The notes under the pieces were generated by a model, which did no database searches, was not told the DNA's origin, and was given only the letters and a program-made list of their open reading frames with translations. Source: an archaeon (lineage in GTDB: Archaea; B1Sed10-29; JAVZDC01). Taken from it: DNA of 64,000 nucleotides. Location: positions 110,531-174,530 of the forward strand of contig JAVZDC010000002.1 in the NCBI GenBank assembly GCA_038874115.1, in the 5' to 3' direction. The translations under genes were made by a program, and so were the position numbers. Positions 1 through 10,604 of this stretch are shown here, in pieces (position 1 is the stretch's first letter; every line of letters begins with the position of its first letter).

Positions 1-612
1 AAAAAATGATTTCCGGAACCAAGAGACCCAAGCTGAGGAATACCTCTCTTCTTTGCTTCAGAACTTACTTTTTTTGGATTTGCGAATTCTAAAGAGCCTT
101 TTGATTCGATAAACTCCAAATCTTTTTCATAACCGAACCCTTTTTCTACTGCCCACTTAGCCCCAAGTTTCAGAACATCATCCAACTCTTCTTCCCCACT
201 TAATTTTATTTTCCCTTTACTCCCAACTCCTGAAGGAACGTTTTTAGCTATCTTATCCACAATTTCTTTTATTTTAGGTTTAATTTCTTCAACTTTCAAG
301 TTTGTTCTTAAAATTCTAACGCCGCAATTAATATCATAACCAATTCCTCCAGGGGAGATACATCCCTGTTCATAATCAAAAGCAGCAACTCCTCCTATTG
401 GGAACCCATATCCTTCATGCCCATCTGGCAATATTATGGAGTATTTATATATCCCCGGCAGATAAGTGACATTTTTTCCCTGTATTATTGTTTTATCTTG
501 TTTCATTTTTTCCAATAATTTTTCACTTGCAAAAATCTTTACAGGAACTTTCATCCCTCCTTCTTTTTCTACAATCCAAACGTTTTCAGAAACTTTTCTT
601 ATCTCCATTTTT
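1..612 (-). CDS. rtcB: RNA-splicing ligase RtcB, N-terminal ~200 aa (gene runs off the window start)
   Basis: Minus-strand translation from ATG at 610-612 reads MEIRKVSENVWIVEKEGGMKVPVKIFASEKLL...PDGHEGYGFPIGGVAAFD...GYDINCGVR...GSLGSGNHF, matching conserved RtcB N-terminal motifs. Not in the ORF track because it is truncated by the window edge. Confidence 0.75.
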
Positions 613-620
613 TTCACCCT

Positions 621-1031
621 TCAAATATCCACTATGAAATGAATTTTATTTTCTTTTATCTCAATTTCATGAAAAGTAATCGCCTTAACCAGGGTTCTAC
701 TTTCATGTCTTTTTGGATCAAATTCTTCCCCAAAAGCAACAAATTCCAATTTATATTTCGTATTTTTCTTGATTTTTATTTTAAAAGTTTTAAATAAAAG
801 ATTATCTGAGTCATGGTATATCAAAAGTTTTTCTAAAAAAGAGTACAAAAGTTCCTCTAAGCTTTCGGAGCCTACAGAATCTTCTATCTTTTTTATTTCC
901 CGAACTTTTTCCGTGTTGGTCATTATTTCGAATAAAGCTAAGGCGCCATTCTCAAAGCATTCTTCCAAATTGTTTCCGTACGCTTCTATTCTCACATCGC
1001 TTGTGTGAGGAAAGAATTTGAATTTTTCCAT
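621..1031 (-). CDS. archease (RtcB cofactor)
   Basis: 136 aa; HTSDVRIEAYGNNLEECFENGALALFEIMT is an archease-like N-terminus; sits immediately upstream of rtcB, the usual archease-rtcB pairing. Confidence 0.7.
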   Translation of the reverse strand: MEKFKFFPHTSDVRIEAYGNNLEECFENGALALFEIMTNTEKVREIKKIEDSVGSESLEELLYSFLEKLLIYHDSDNLLFKTFKIKIKKNTKYKLEFVAFGEEFDPKRHESRTLVKAITFHEIEIKENKIHFIVDI

Positions 1032-1164
1032 AATTTATAATAATTCTTTGGTTTTTTAAAAAATTTATTTGTTTTGATAAACAAATGGAATTCTTTGAAA
1101 AACATGAAAAAATACAAGGACTGCGAAATTAATTGAAAATGGCAGAGAAACTTTAAACAAAAGA

Positions 1165-1246
1165 CGCTGAGGGTGGGATTTGAACCCACGATCCCCGAAG
1201 GGAACACGCTCTCCAGGCGTGCGCGTTACCGCTCCGCCACCTCAGC
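1165..1246 (-). tRNA. tRNA-Ser (anticodon GGA)
   Basis: Hand-folded cloverleaf: acceptor GCTGAGG/CCTCAGC, anticodon stem CACGC/GCGTG with loop CTGGAGA, long variable arm, T-loop TTCAAAT, discriminator G. Confidence 0.8.
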
Positions 1247-1332
1247 ATGACGATATATAATAAAAGAATAATAAAAATAAAGGTTTAAGTTTTTAACGCA
1301 TTAAAAATCGCAAGAGACTAGAAATAGACTAC

Positions 1333-1437
1333 TTACTCTTCTTTCTTATCTCCATCATTTTCTCCATACGTCGGGTCGTAAGCTCCCATTATCTCCAAGA
1401 TTACTACTTCTCCTTTTCTGTTAGGTTCTTCCTCCAT
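1333..1437 (-). CDS. hypothetical small acidic protein (34 aa), possibly translationally coupled to rps10
   Basis: ATG 5 nt downstream of the rps10 stop codon; translates MEEEPNRKGEVVILEIMGAYDPTYGENDGDKKEE. Below the ORF-track length cut-off; no homology recognised. Confidence 0.25.
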   Translation of the reverse strand: MEEEPNRKGEVVILEIMGAYDPTYGENDGDKKEE

Positions 1438-1441
1438 TCTT

Positions 1442-1762
1442 TCATTCCTCCTTTGTTTTTAATTCTATTTCTATGTGTACTTTTTCTGGAATTTGGATGC
1501 GCATGATTTGTCTAAGCACTCTTTCATCAGCGTCTATTCTAATCAACCTTTTATGAATTCTCATTTCATATTTATACCAAGTTTTCGAACCATCTCCGCA
1601 TGGCGTCCGAAGAGTAGATATCTGAAGTTTTTTTGTTGGCAATGGAATTGGTCCCGATATTTCTACCCCTGCCTTTCTAGCAATCTCCTTAATATCATTA
1701 CAAACTTTGTTTAAGCTTTCTAAATCAGTTCCAACCAATTTTATATCCGTCTTGTCTGGCAT
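1442..1762 (-). CDS. rps10: 30S ribosomal protein S10 (uS10)
   Basis: 106 aa, typical archaeal S10 sequence; lies directly downstream of EF-1alpha as in the archaeal str-like operon. Confidence 0.9.
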   Translation of the reverse strand: MPDKTDIKLVGTDLESLNKVCNDIKEIARKAGVEISGPIPLPTKKLQISTLRTPCGDGSKTWYKYEMRIHKRLIRIDADERVLRQIMRIQIPEKVHIEIELKTKEE

Positions 1763-1800
1763 AGTTATCTACATATAAAAATTAAAAAATAAAAAGGTTT

Positions 1801-3075
1801 TTACATTTGTTTCTTCTTGACATCAATAACCATTCCTGCAGCGATGGTTTTACCCATGTCTCTTATCGCAAATCTTGCTAATGGCGGGAATTCAGATACT
1901 TTTTCAACTACCATTGGCTTTAAAGGTTTAAACTTTACAACTGCTAAATCTCCTGTTTTGATGAATTCAGGGTGTTCTTGTAAAGTTTGTCCGGTTCTTG
2001 GATCCAATTTTTTCACAAGTTCTATGATTTGGCAAGCAACTTGTGCTGTATGACAGTGAATCACAGGCGTATATCCTACAGTTATTGCACTAGGGTGATT
2101 CAATACAGTAATTTGGGCCGTAAATTCTTCAGCTACAGTTGGAGGATTGTCTACTGGACCAACAACGTCTCCTCTTTTTATTAGTTTTTTATCCACTCCT
2201 TTTAAGTTAAAACCAATGTTGTCTCCAGGTTCGGCTTCTTGCATCTGTTGGTGGTGCATTTCAATGGATTTTACTTCTCCAACTACATTTGCAGGCATTA
2301 TAACAACTTTATCGTTTACTTTTAATTTCCCTGTTTCCACTCGCCCTACAGGTACTGTTCCAACTCCAGTAATTGAATATACATCTTGGATTGGCAATCT
2401 CAATGGTTTATCTATTTGTTTCTGTGGTTCTTTCAAATTATCTAAAGCTTCTAATAAGGTTGGCCCGTTGTACCATGGTAATTTATCGCTCTTTTTTGCA
2501 ATATTATCTCCAGCATATGCTGATATCGGGATAAATTGAACTTCTTCTATTTTGTATCCCACCATTTTTAATAAATTACTCACATCTTTTTTTACATCTT
2601 CAATTCTTACTCTATCGTAATTTATCGCGTCTATTTTGTTTAGAGCCACTATCATTTGGTTTACTCCCAAGGTTCTTGCTAAGAAAATGTGTTCTTTTGT
2701 TTGATCTTGTACGCCTTCTTTTGTTGAAACTACTAGAACTGCTGCATCAGCTTGACTCGTACCAGTAATCATATTTTTAACGAAGTCTCTGTGACCTGGT
2801 GCATCTATGATCGTAAAGTAATATTTTTTAGTATGAAAGTCTTTATGTGCAACATCAATCGTAACCCCTCTTTCTCTTTCTTCTTTTAATCTATCCATCG
2901 CGAAAGCGAATTCGAAAGTAGCTTTTCCAACCCTTGCTGCTTCCTCTTTCAATGTTCTAAGGTCAGTTTCAGATAATGCTCCAGTTTCATAAAGTAGTCT
3001 CCCAACAGTCGTTGATTTTCCATGATCTACGTGCCCTATAAATACCAAATTAACGTGTGGTTTTTTTTCAGCCAT
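1801..3075 (-). CDS. tuf: translation elongation factor 1-alpha (aEF-1A)
   Basis: GTPase motifs [18 protein letters not shown]; archaeal EF-1alpha over full length. Start placed at MAEKKPH (ATG at 3075); the ORF track extends to 3084. Confidence 0.95.
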   Translation of the reverse strand: MAEKKPHVNLVFIGHVDHGKSTTVGRLLYETGALSETDLRTLKEEAARVGKATFEFAFAMDRLKEERERGVTIDVAHKDFHTKKYYFTIIDAPGHRDFVKNMITGTSQADAAVLVVSTKEGVQDQTKEHIFLARTLGVNQMIVALNKIDAINYDRVRIEDVKKDVSNLLKMVGYKIEEVQFIPISAYAGDNIAKKSDKLPWYNGPTLLEALDNLKEPQKQIDKPLRLPIQDVYSITGVGTVPVGRVETGKLKVNDKVVIMPANVVGEVKSIEMHHQQMQEAEPGDNIGFNLKGVDKKLIKRGDVVGPVDNPPTVAEEFTAQITVLNHPSAITVGYTPVIHCHTAQVACQIIELVKKLDPRTGQTLQEHPEFIKTGDLAVVKFKPLKPMVVEKVSEFPPLARFAIRDMGKTIAAGMVIDVKKKQM

Positions 3076-3099
3076 CACATACACCTCCGAATATTAACA

Positions 3100-5280
3100 T
3101 TATTTTTCAAGTAGTTCTAATGGATTTGGAATCTCATCAGATAATCCTTTTCTTTTTCTTATTTGTTTTATGGTTTGATCTTGAAGTTCTTTTGGAAGTT
3201 TTTCATAACCATGATATTCAGTCGACCAAAGAGCTCTTCCATGAGTTACAGACCTTATACTTGCAGCAAACCCAAACATTTCAGCAACAGGAACCTTTGC
3301 CTCCAAAGTTGCTAAATCCTCGTCTTGTGAAACATCAAGAATAATTCCTCTTCTGTTTTGTATATTCGTAGAAACGTCTCCTATATATTCTTGAGGCGTA
3401 GTTATATATAACTTTTGCTTTGGTTCTAAGAGGATTGGATTAGCAAGCAAGATAGATGCATGAATTCCTCTTTTAATTGTTGGGATAACTTGAGCCGGTC
3501 CCCGGTGTACAGCGTCTTCATGTAAAAGTGCATCCGAAAGTACAACTTTTATCTTCAGCACTTTTTCTTTAGCTAAAGGCCCAGCTTCTACAGCTTCTAA
3601 AAATCCTTGTATTATCAACTCTTTTGCTTCATTTAAATATTGAATCCCTCTTGTCATGTCCACAAGAACGCATTTATTTTGAATAGCCCACACCCTTTTC
3701 GCTTGTTCATAATCCATTCCTTTTTCTTTAAGTTTATCCGCAATGAGTTTTGCATCTTTCACTTTACCTTCTTTAATTTCTCCTTTCGCCAACAATTCAT
3801 AAACTCCGTCTTCTAAAGGTTCAACATAAATGTAAAATTTATTGTGTTTATTTGGAGATTTGCTTTCTATCGGATCACTTTTCTTAGACACTGATTCCCG
3901 GTAAACTACAATCGGAGGGGATGTTTTAATCGGTATTTTTTTATCATGGGATATTTGGAAATTAATAGTCTCCAAATGTACTTCTCCCATCCCAGAAATT
4001 AGATGTTCTCCAGTTTCTTTGTTTATTTCGACATGTACTGTCGGATCTTCCTTAGTTAAATTTATTAAAGTATCTATCAATTTTGGTAAATCTCCAGGAT
4101 TTTGTGGCTCAACAGATTCCGTAATCACAGGTTCAGAATAGTGCTTTATTTCTTCAAAAGGAACGATTATTTCTTCACAAGCAGTTTCGCCAGCTCTTGC
4201 ATCTTTCAATCCAATTATTCCAGCGATATTTCCTGCCGGAACTTTTTCAACAGTGAATAAATCCGTTTTATTCATGTATATTCCAACTTGCTGAATTGTA
4301 ACTTCTTTTCCCATGCCTATTAAAATCACTTTTTTCCCTTTTTCCGCTATTCCAGATAAAACTCTTCCAATGGCGATTTCACCAACGTGAGGATCTATTT
4401 TTATACCTGTTATCATGATTGCTAATTTTCCTTTTGAATCACAGTTATACATTTGTTTTCCAATTTCGCTGTTTATGTCTCCTTTCCAAATTCTCGATAA
4501 TCTTATCTTTTGTGCATCTGTCGGAGTGGGTAATTTTGATACAATCATGTCGAGTAAAACTTTATCTAGAGGTATTTTTTTAGCTAAGTCTTTCTGTTTG
4601 TTTTCTTTGCAGGCATTATAAATATCTTTGAAAGTTATTTTCGTCTTTTGTAGATATGGCCAAGATATTGCCCAATTATTATAGGCTGAACCAAAGCATA
4701 CAGTTCCATTTTGTACACTAACTTGCCAAGAATCTTTAAATTCCTCTGGTGCGTATTTTTTTATTATACCATTTACTTTAGTAATTATTTTTGTAAATCT
4801 ATTCTGCATTTCTTCAGGCGTTATTTGTAATTCATTTATTAACCTATCGACCTTATTTATAAATAAAACAGGTTTTACCTTTTCTTTTAAAGCTTCTCTA
4901 AGAACCGTTTCAGTTTGAGGCATAACTCCTTCTACAGCGCAAACTACTACGATTGCCCCATCTATCGCTCTCAAAGCTCTAGTAACTTGTCCACCAAAAT
5001 CCACATGACCTGGAGTATCAATCAAGTTTATCAAGTAATCTTGATTTTCATAATTGTAAACTAAAGATATATTTCCAGCAAAAATTGTTATTCCTCTCTG
5101 GGATTCTAAAATATACGAGTCCATAACAACTGCTTTCCCAGCCAATTCTTCAGACATTAAACCTGCGCCTGCAATTAAATTGTCTGTAAGTGTTGTTTTC
5201 CCATGATCCACATGAGCGCAAATTCCGATGTTTCTAATTCTTTCTGGGAAGTTCATCAATTCTGAAGCTTTTTTAACCAT
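3100..5280 (-). CDS. fusA: translation elongation factor 2 (aEF-2)
   Basis: AHVDHGKTTLTD G-domain and C-terminal diphthamide-region motif HEDAVHRG. ATG for MVKKASEL at 5280 preferred; the track ORF begins at a GTG at 5307 that overlaps the rps7 stop. Confidence 0.95.
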   Translation of the reverse strand: MVKKASELMNFPERIRNIGICAHVDHGKTTLTDNLIAGAGLMSEELAGKAVVMDSYILESQRGITIFAGNISLVYNYENQDYLINLIDTPGHVDFGGQVTRALRAIDGAIVVVCAVEGVMPQTETVLREALKEKVKPVLFINKVDRLINELQITPEEMQNRFTKIITKVNGIIKKYAPEEFKDSWQVSVQNGTVCFGSAYNNWAISWPYLQKTKITFKDIYNACKENKQKDLAKKIPLDKVLLDMIVSKLPTPTDAQKIRLSRIWKGDINSEIGKQMYNCDSKGKLAIMITGIKIDPHVGEIAIGRVLSGIAEKGKKVILIGMGKEVTIQQVGIYMNKTDLFTVEKVPAGNIAGIIGLKDARAGETACEEIIVPFEEIKHYSEPVITESVEPQNPGDLPKLIDTLINLTKEDPTVHVEINKETGEHLISGMGEVHLETINFQISHDKKIPIKTSPPIVVYRESVSKKSDPIESKSPNKHNKFYIYVEPLEDGVYELLAKGEIKEGKVKDAKLIADKLKEKGMDYEQAKRVWAIQNKCVLVDMTRGIQYLNEAKELIIQGFLEAVEAGPLAKEKVLKIKVVLSDALLHEDAVHRGPAQVIPTIKRGIHASILLANPILLEPKQKLYITTPQEYIGDVSTNIQNRRGIILDVSQDEDLATLEAKVPVAEMFGFAASIRSVTHGRALWSTEYHGYEKLPKELQDQTIKQIRKRKGLSDEIPNPLELLEK

Positions 5281-5303
5281 TTCTTCTTTTCTACCCACAA
5301 AAA

Positions 5304-5903
5304 TCACCTAGCAGAAGCCGCGATTCTCTCAACTTCATTTTTTCTTGCGATAGCAAAACTTTGCGCATTATTTTCAGCTGCAAGTATAAGTTCTTCAGCT
5401 AACGCTTCTTCCAAAGTTTTTTTACAATCAAAAGAACGAATAGCAACAGCTTTTCCTATGTTTCTAATCGCGAAATCAACTCTTCTCTGAGGTGCAACAT
5501 CAACAGGTATGTGGTAAATTATTCCACCGTATTTTACTTTTGTTGTTTCTTCACAAGGAGCAGAGTTTTCTATCGCTTTTACTAAAACTTCCACCGGGTT
5601 TTTCTTAGTTTTTTGTTCAATTATTTCAAAAGCTTTTTTTACAGCATTATACATTTTTATTTTTTTTCCACAACCACCGCGATCTCTTATTACTTTTCCA
5701 CCTATCTTCCTCCCGGTCCCTCCACGCATCAAAGTATTAATCAACCTTTCTACAATGTGTACCTTACTTTTCAAAAAAGACTTTCTAGCTTGTCTTCCTT
5801 CATTAAATAAATGTATTTTTGCATCCAAGCAGATATATTTCTTTAAGCTTGGATCCACATTCGAAACTTCGCTTTTCCATCTTGAAAAAATGTAGTTTGA
5901 CAT
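5304..5903 (-). CDS. rps7: 30S ribosomal protein S7 (uS7)
   Basis: 199 aa with archaeal S7 features; position between rps12 and EF-2. Confidence 0.9.
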   Translation of the reverse strand: MSNYIFSRWKSEVSNVDPSLKKYICLDAKIHLFNEGRQARKSFLKSKVHIVERLINTLMRGGTGRKIGGKVIRDRGGCGKKIKMYNAVKKAFEIIEQKTKKNPVEVLVKAIENSAPCEETTKVKYGGIIYHIPVDVAPQRRVDFAIRNIGKAVAIRSFDCKKTLEEALAEELILAAENNAQSFAIARKNEVERIAASAR

Positions 5904-5905
5904 AC

Positions 5906-6337
5906 TTATCGCTTAGGTTTTTCTTTTTTACCAGTTCTGATTTGTTCCAAGTCAACACCATTAACAGCAACAACTTTATATTTTACCCCCCACATGGAAC
6001 CAACTGCGCCAGCCTGAGAACCACCAAGTCCTTCAATTATAACTTCGTCGTGTTCATCTATAAAGTTTATCGCCCCTTCTCTCGGAGCATGCGCGGTCAC
6101 AATTTTCCCATTTTTCAAAAGCTGCACTTTTACACATTTGATTAACCCAGAGTGAGGTTGTTTTTGTTCTCTAACTACTTTTTCCAAAACAATACCCGAA
6201 GCTCTTGGAGCACCTTCCAAAGGATCCTTACACCCTCTCAACCTTCTCTCTATTCTATTTACATAATATATATCTCCTTTTCTTCTAAATTTCTTCCTGT
6301 CCTTTTTCATTTTTCTTGCAGCAAATTCACCAGGCAA
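5906..6337 (-). CDS. rps12: 30S ribosomal protein S12 (uS12)
   Basis: 143 aa, conserved S12 core (…KQPHSGL…[12 protein letters not shown]…); operon position. Confidence 0.9.
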   Translation of the reverse strand: MPGEFAARKMKKDRKKFRRKGDIYYVNRIERRLRGCKDPLEGAPRASGIVLEKVVREQKQPHSGLIKCVKVQLLKNGKIVTAHAPREGAINFIDEHDEVIIEGLGGSQAGAVGSMWGVKYKVVAVNGVDLEQIRTGKKEKPKR

Positions 6338-6347
6338 AATTTATCAC

Positions 6348-6767
6348 CTATTGCACAGTTATTTTATCAATGCCAAGATGTCGATTAATTATTTCCCTAA
6401 CTGCTTTTATTTTTTTTCCCCCGCCGCCTATTGCTCGTTTCTTCTCATTGGGGTCTACATATATTATTATCTCATCTGTTTTTATATCTATCTTTTCTAC
6501 CTTTATGGGGTAGAATAAATTTGCGACAAATTTTTGAGGATCTTCAGAGTGTTCGTATACGTGAATTTCTTTTCCAAGTAGTTGTTTTATTTTTTTTATT
6601 TTTTCACCTTTTTTGCCTAGAGCAAGACCAATTTGGCCTTCTTTAACTAAAAAAGTTATCTCATTATCATTTTGCAGTATGCAGTCTTTTACTAAAGTAC
6701 CGGTCTCTTTTTCAAACAAGCCAATGTATTTTATTTCTTCGGAAGATAATTTGATCAAATTAATCAC
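6348..6767 (-). CDS. nusA: archaeal NusA-like transcription termination factor (two KH domains)
   Basis: 139 aa with two GxxG KH-like signatures (LGKKGEKIK, IGGGGKKIK); conserved position between rpl30e and rps12. Confidence 0.85.
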   Translation of the reverse strand: MINLIKLSSEEIKYIGLFEKETGTLVKDCILQNDNEITFLVKEGQIGLALGKKGEKIKKIKQLLGKEIHVYEHSEDPQKFVANLFYPIKVEKIDIKTDEIIIYVDPNEKKRAIGGGGKKIKAVREIINRHLGIDKITVQ

Positions 6768-7026
6768 TTTTCAATACGGATAATACTGAACATATAAACG
6801 CTTTACCACAAGTGTGGCCAAGTTTCATACCACTTAAATTTGCTTCTAAAATTTCTATTTTATTTTTCATACATTTTTCTTTTACTTTGTTTTTTAAATC
6901 TTCTGGCAACTTAGTACTTAGAATTACCTTTTCAATTTTGCCTTTATCTGCATTTTTTAATACAAACTTGGCCCCTATTTCTATTTTTCCTTTTTCCATA
7001 AGTTCTTTAATTTCATCCACGTTCAT
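6760..7026 (-). CDS. rpl30e: 50S ribosomal protein L30e
   Basis: 88 aa, L30e-like; conserved position downstream of rpoA''. Confidence 0.85.
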   Translation of the reverse strand: MNVDEIKELMEKGKIEIGAKFVLKNADKGKIEKVILSTKLPEDLKNKVKEKCMKNKIEILEANLSGMKLGHTCGKAFICSVLSVLKSD

Positions 7027-8075
7027 TTCTCTCCCTTCTTTAATACGAGTTTAACAGTTCCGGTTCCAGCATAAATAGGTTTTCCAATTATTACATTTTC
7101 TATTATTCCTTTAAATTCATCTGCAAGTCCTTTAGTTGAAGCATTTGTTAAATGAGTTATTGGAACTTCGAAAGAAGCGCAAGCCAATGGAGATTTTTTT
7201 GCCCCTGCCATACCCGTCCTTCCAATACCTTGCATTCTTCCAGTCACACACATAGCATCCGCAACCAATAAAAGATGTCTTACATCCACATGTATTTTAT
7301 TTTGAATTAATACTTGTTCAACTTCTCTTAAAAATACTTCTCTTGCTGCTTCAAGCCCAAGAACTTTCTCTACTTCTCTCAAATTATTTGAATAAGTTCT
7401 TGTCGGATCCACTTCTGGAAGTTTCAAGATTTCCTCCAAATTATTTCCTTCCGCCTGAAGCATAACTTCATTATCTTTTTTTACAATAGCACACCTTTTT
7501 ATTTTAGATATTCCTTTGACTTTTACTTTTTCTAACCTTTCAGCCAGCTTTTTGATGTTTTTAATATCTTGTTTTTTAAGGTTTATGATGACTTCATTAT
7601 CCTGTAACTCCACTTTCGCCCCTGCAGCTTTTTCAACTTTCTTTATGATCTGCTCTGGAGTCAACTCTTCAGCTCGAATAGCCTCCTGCTTCATTTTCAA
7701 TATTATCCTCTCTTGTTCGTAGTCAGGTATTATGTCGACAAAATCACACAAACTTTTTTCCTCAATATCTTTGGCAAGTTTTTTTATTTTTTCTTCATCT
7801 TGTGTCTTTAAGAATATGTATGTTATTGGAGTCTTCGGTTCAGATCTCAAGTCCATAAGTTCTTTTAATCTGGGCAAACCTAACGAGGTTTTTAATTCTG
7901 CAACTCCGGCAAAGTGGAATGTGATCAAGGTCAACTGAGTTGCTCGCTCCCCGAAAGATTGAGCAGCAATAAGCCCAACAGATTCTCCATTATCGACCTT
8001 GGCTTTCTCATATTTTTCCAAATCTTTTTCACTTTTTATAAGATTTTTTATTTTTTCCGGAATGTCATTTTTCAT
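7023..8075 (-). CDS. rpoA2: DNA-directed RNA polymerase subunit A''
   Basis: 350 aa; C-terminal portion of the largest RNAP subunit, encoded as a separate gene downstream of rpoA' as in archaea. Confidence 0.9.
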   Translation of the reverse strand: MKNDIPEKIKNLIKSEKDLEKYEKAKVDNGESVGLIAAQSFGERATQLTLITFHFAGVAELKTSLGLPRLKELMDLRSEPKTPITYIFLKTQDEEKIKKLAKDIEEKSLCDFVDIIPDYEQERIILKMKQEAIRAEELTPEQIIKKVEKAAGAKVELQDNEVIINLKKQDIKNIKKLAERLEKVKVKGISKIKRCAIVKKDNEVMLQAEGNNLEEILKLPEVDPTRTYSNNLREVEKVLGLEAAREVFLREVEQVLIQNKIHVDVRHLLLVADAMCVTGRMQGIGRTGMAGAKKSPLACASFEVPITHLTNASTKGLADEFKGIIENVIIGKPIYAGTGTVKLVLKKGEK

Positions 8076-8084
8076 AATTCCCCT

Positions 8085-10604
8085 CTAGGTTAAATAAATT
8101 TGTTTATTCGGGAAGATTCCATCTTCTCCATACTTGAATTGTATTACCTGATTAGTGGAGTCCGTTACCAACCCATCTTTTCTCGCAGTGATATCTAATA
8201 ACGCATTTGCTAATCTTCTATAGAAATATCCTGAATCTGCAGTATTTAAACCTTTATCTATTGTTGAGTCTCTTCCTCCAGCCGCTTGCATGAAATATTC
8301 GATTGGATTTAAACCCTTCCTAAAACTGGATTTGATAAATCCGCGTGCAGCAGGAGAATAATCCTCTTGTTTGAAAAAAGTAAGTGTTCTTCCTCTAAAG
8401 CCCCTTTCTATTCTTTTTCCACCAACAGTTACTTGACCTTGAAGCCCCATCATTTGTACCAAATTTAATTCATTACCTTTTACCCCTCCTTTAACCATCT
8501 TGTAAGCAGCGTTGTTTTCTTTTAAATATCTTTCCAAAAGCTTTGCAGCTTTTATTCTCGCAGAATTAATCTTTAATAGTAAAGATACCTCTCTTGTTTC
8601 ATCCAAGGTTTTTCCAGGAAGTCTTTCCATCTGCCCATTCAAATAAGCATTTATTATTTCTTTTACCTCAGCGTTCATTTCATTAAGAATTTCTTCTACT
8701 TTTTGTACATATTCGGGATGGGCAAAATATTCATCAACCCCTATGGTTAGACCATACGAATGAGCAAAGTTCAAACCAAGTAAAGAACATTCATCTATAA
8801 ATTTAACAGTTGCTTCAGGGCCATATTTTTTATAAATTTCTTCAAGTATTTTCTTCAAAGATTCTTTATCCACTGTTCCAAATTTCAATTCTCCTTTTTT
8901 TATTACAACGTATGCATCATATGGACATTTTTCTTTTTCACAAGTACCACAAACTTTACACATTTTACTTTTACATTCAAGATCTATCGGAGGCAATATT
9001 GTGGAAAATATTTTTTTACCGCTAATCGCATTTGATTCGGAATCGTTTATAGTTTCTAGTTTGTTCATACAGCCGAGAAGTTTACCTGCAAGCTCTTTTG
9101 AAACTTTAGTATCTTTAGATGTTAAAAATATTATTCCAGATATCTCATCCAACTTTGGTTGAATTATGAATGACCCATCCCCAGAAGATATTAAATGATT
9201 TTTCACACTCAGTAGCATTTTTGCTTCTATTTGAGCTGGCAACGTCTGAGGAATGTGTATATTCATTTCGTCTCCATCAAAATCAGCGTTGTATGGAGTA
9301 GTCACGGCATCATTCATTCTAATCGCTTTTCCAGGAAGAACTTTTATCTTGTGGGCCATTAAAGACATTCTGTGAAGAGATGGTTGTCTGTTAAATAATG
9401 CGATATCTCCATCGATTATCTGCCTTTCGACGATGTAACCTGGTTTTAGTTCCTTTGCAATTTCTTCTTTGTTAAATTCAGTAACTATTTTTTTCTTTCC
9501 ATCCGGAAGTGTAATTGATATTGCTTTAGGGTACTCATTATTCAAAATAAACTTTTGCATATTTTCTAAATTAAACTGGGTAACGTACTCCGGAACTGTT
9601 AAAATTTTTGCGATTTCCAAAGGAATTCCAACTTCTTCAATGGACAAATTTGGATCGCAAATAATAACGCTTCGTGCAGAAAAATTTACTCTTTTTCCTA
9701 TCAAATAAGATCTAAATATCCCTTGTTTCCCTTTTAACCTTTGGAAAAGAGTTCTCAAAGGTCTGCCATTTCTATGTCTAGCCGGAGGAAGTCCAGGTAT
9801 CTCATTGTTCAAATATGTTGCAACATGATACTGGAGCAAGTCCCAAAGGTCTTCAATAATTACTTGTGGTGCCCCTGCAGATATGTTTTCTTCTACTCTT
9901 TGATTAATTCTAATAACGTCTACGAGTTTATGAGTCAAATCATCTTCAGATCTTTGCCCGGTTTCCAAAATTATGGAAGTTCTTACTGTCACCGGGGGTA
10001 CAGGTAAAACTGTAAGCACAAGCCATTCAGGGCGCATCACTTCAGGATTAAACCCTAAAATTTTCAAATCATCGTCGGGGATTTTCTCTAATCTCTCTCT
10101 AATCTGGTTTGGGAAAAGTCTTTGATCTTCTTCAAATATCAAATAAGGTTTCTCTAACTTCAGAGTTCCTTGTTGTGCTCCACAATGTGGGCATTTTTTT
10201 ATTTGCTTTGCAGAAGATATCAATTCTAACGCAACATCATCCGGATTTTCTAAAAGGGTTTGAATGTTTTTCACTTTTTCTTTCGGTACGAGAAGTCTTC
10301 CGCATTCTTTACAGGTTGATTTTAATAATGTAAGTATATGTTTTATGTAACCAACATGTAACACAGGTCTTGCAAGTTCGATGTGTCCGAAATGCCCTGT
10401 GCATACTCCTATTTTACCCCCACAAGTTTTACATCTAAGACCCGGATCTATGACCCCCATCCTTAAATCCATGAGCCCGCCATCGAATGGAAATCCATCC
10501 ATGTCATAAGTATCCGGTACAATCACTCTTACTGCTGACATTTTTCTAATTACATCTGGAGAAAGAATTCCAAACTCAATATTTTTTATTCTTTTTCTAT
10601 TCAC
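8085..10604 (-). CDS. rpoA1: DNA-directed RNA polymerase subunit A'
   Basis: 839 aa; catalytic NADFDGDEMN motif and N-terminal zinc-binding Cys clusters. Confidence 0.95.
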   Translation of the reverse strand: MNRKRIKNIEFGILSPDVIRKMSAVRVIVPDTYDMDGFPFDGGLMDLRMGVIDPGLRCKTCGGKIGVCTGHFGHIELARPVLHVGYIKHILTLLKSTCKECGRLLVPKEKVKNIQTLLENPDDVALELISSAKQIKKCPHCGAQQGTLKLEKPYLIFEEDQRLFPNQIRERLEKIPDDDLKILGFNPEVMRPEWLVLTVLPVPPVTVRTSIILETGQRSEDDLTHKLVDVIRINQRVEENISAGAPQVIIEDLWDLLQYHVATYLNNEIPGLPPARHRNGRPLRTLFQRLKGKQGIFRSYLIGKRVNFSARSVIICDPNLSIEEVGIPLEIAKILTVPEYVTQFNLENMQKFILNNEYPKAISITLPDGKKKIVTEFNKEEIAKELKPGYIVERQIIDGDIALFNRQPSLHRMSLMAHKIKVLPGKAIRMNDAVTTPYNADFDGDEMNIHIPQTLPAQIEAKMLLSVKNHLISSGDGSFIIQPKLDEISGIIFLTSKDTKVSKELAGKLLGCMNKLETINDSESNAISGKKIFSTILPPIDLECKSKMCKVCGTCEKEKCPYDAYVVIKKGELKFGTVDKESLKKILEEIYKKYGPEATVKFIDECSLLGLNFAHSYGLTIGVDEYFAHPEYVQKVEEILNEMNAEVKEIINAYLNGQMERLPGKTLDETREVSLLLKINSARIKAAKLLERYLKENNAAYKMVKGGVKGNELNLVQMMGLQGQVTVGGKRIERGFRGRTLTFFKQEDYSPAARGFIKSSFRKGLNPIEYFMQAAGGRDSTIDKGLNTADSGYFYRRLANALLDITARKDGLVTDSTNQVIQFKYGEDGIFPNKQIYLT

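Noticed and set aside
992-1207. 71-aa minus-strand ORF in the track
   Set aside because: It overlaps the tRNA-Ser gene and the intergenic region; low-complexity Phe/Lys-rich translation typical of AT-rich non-coding DNA.
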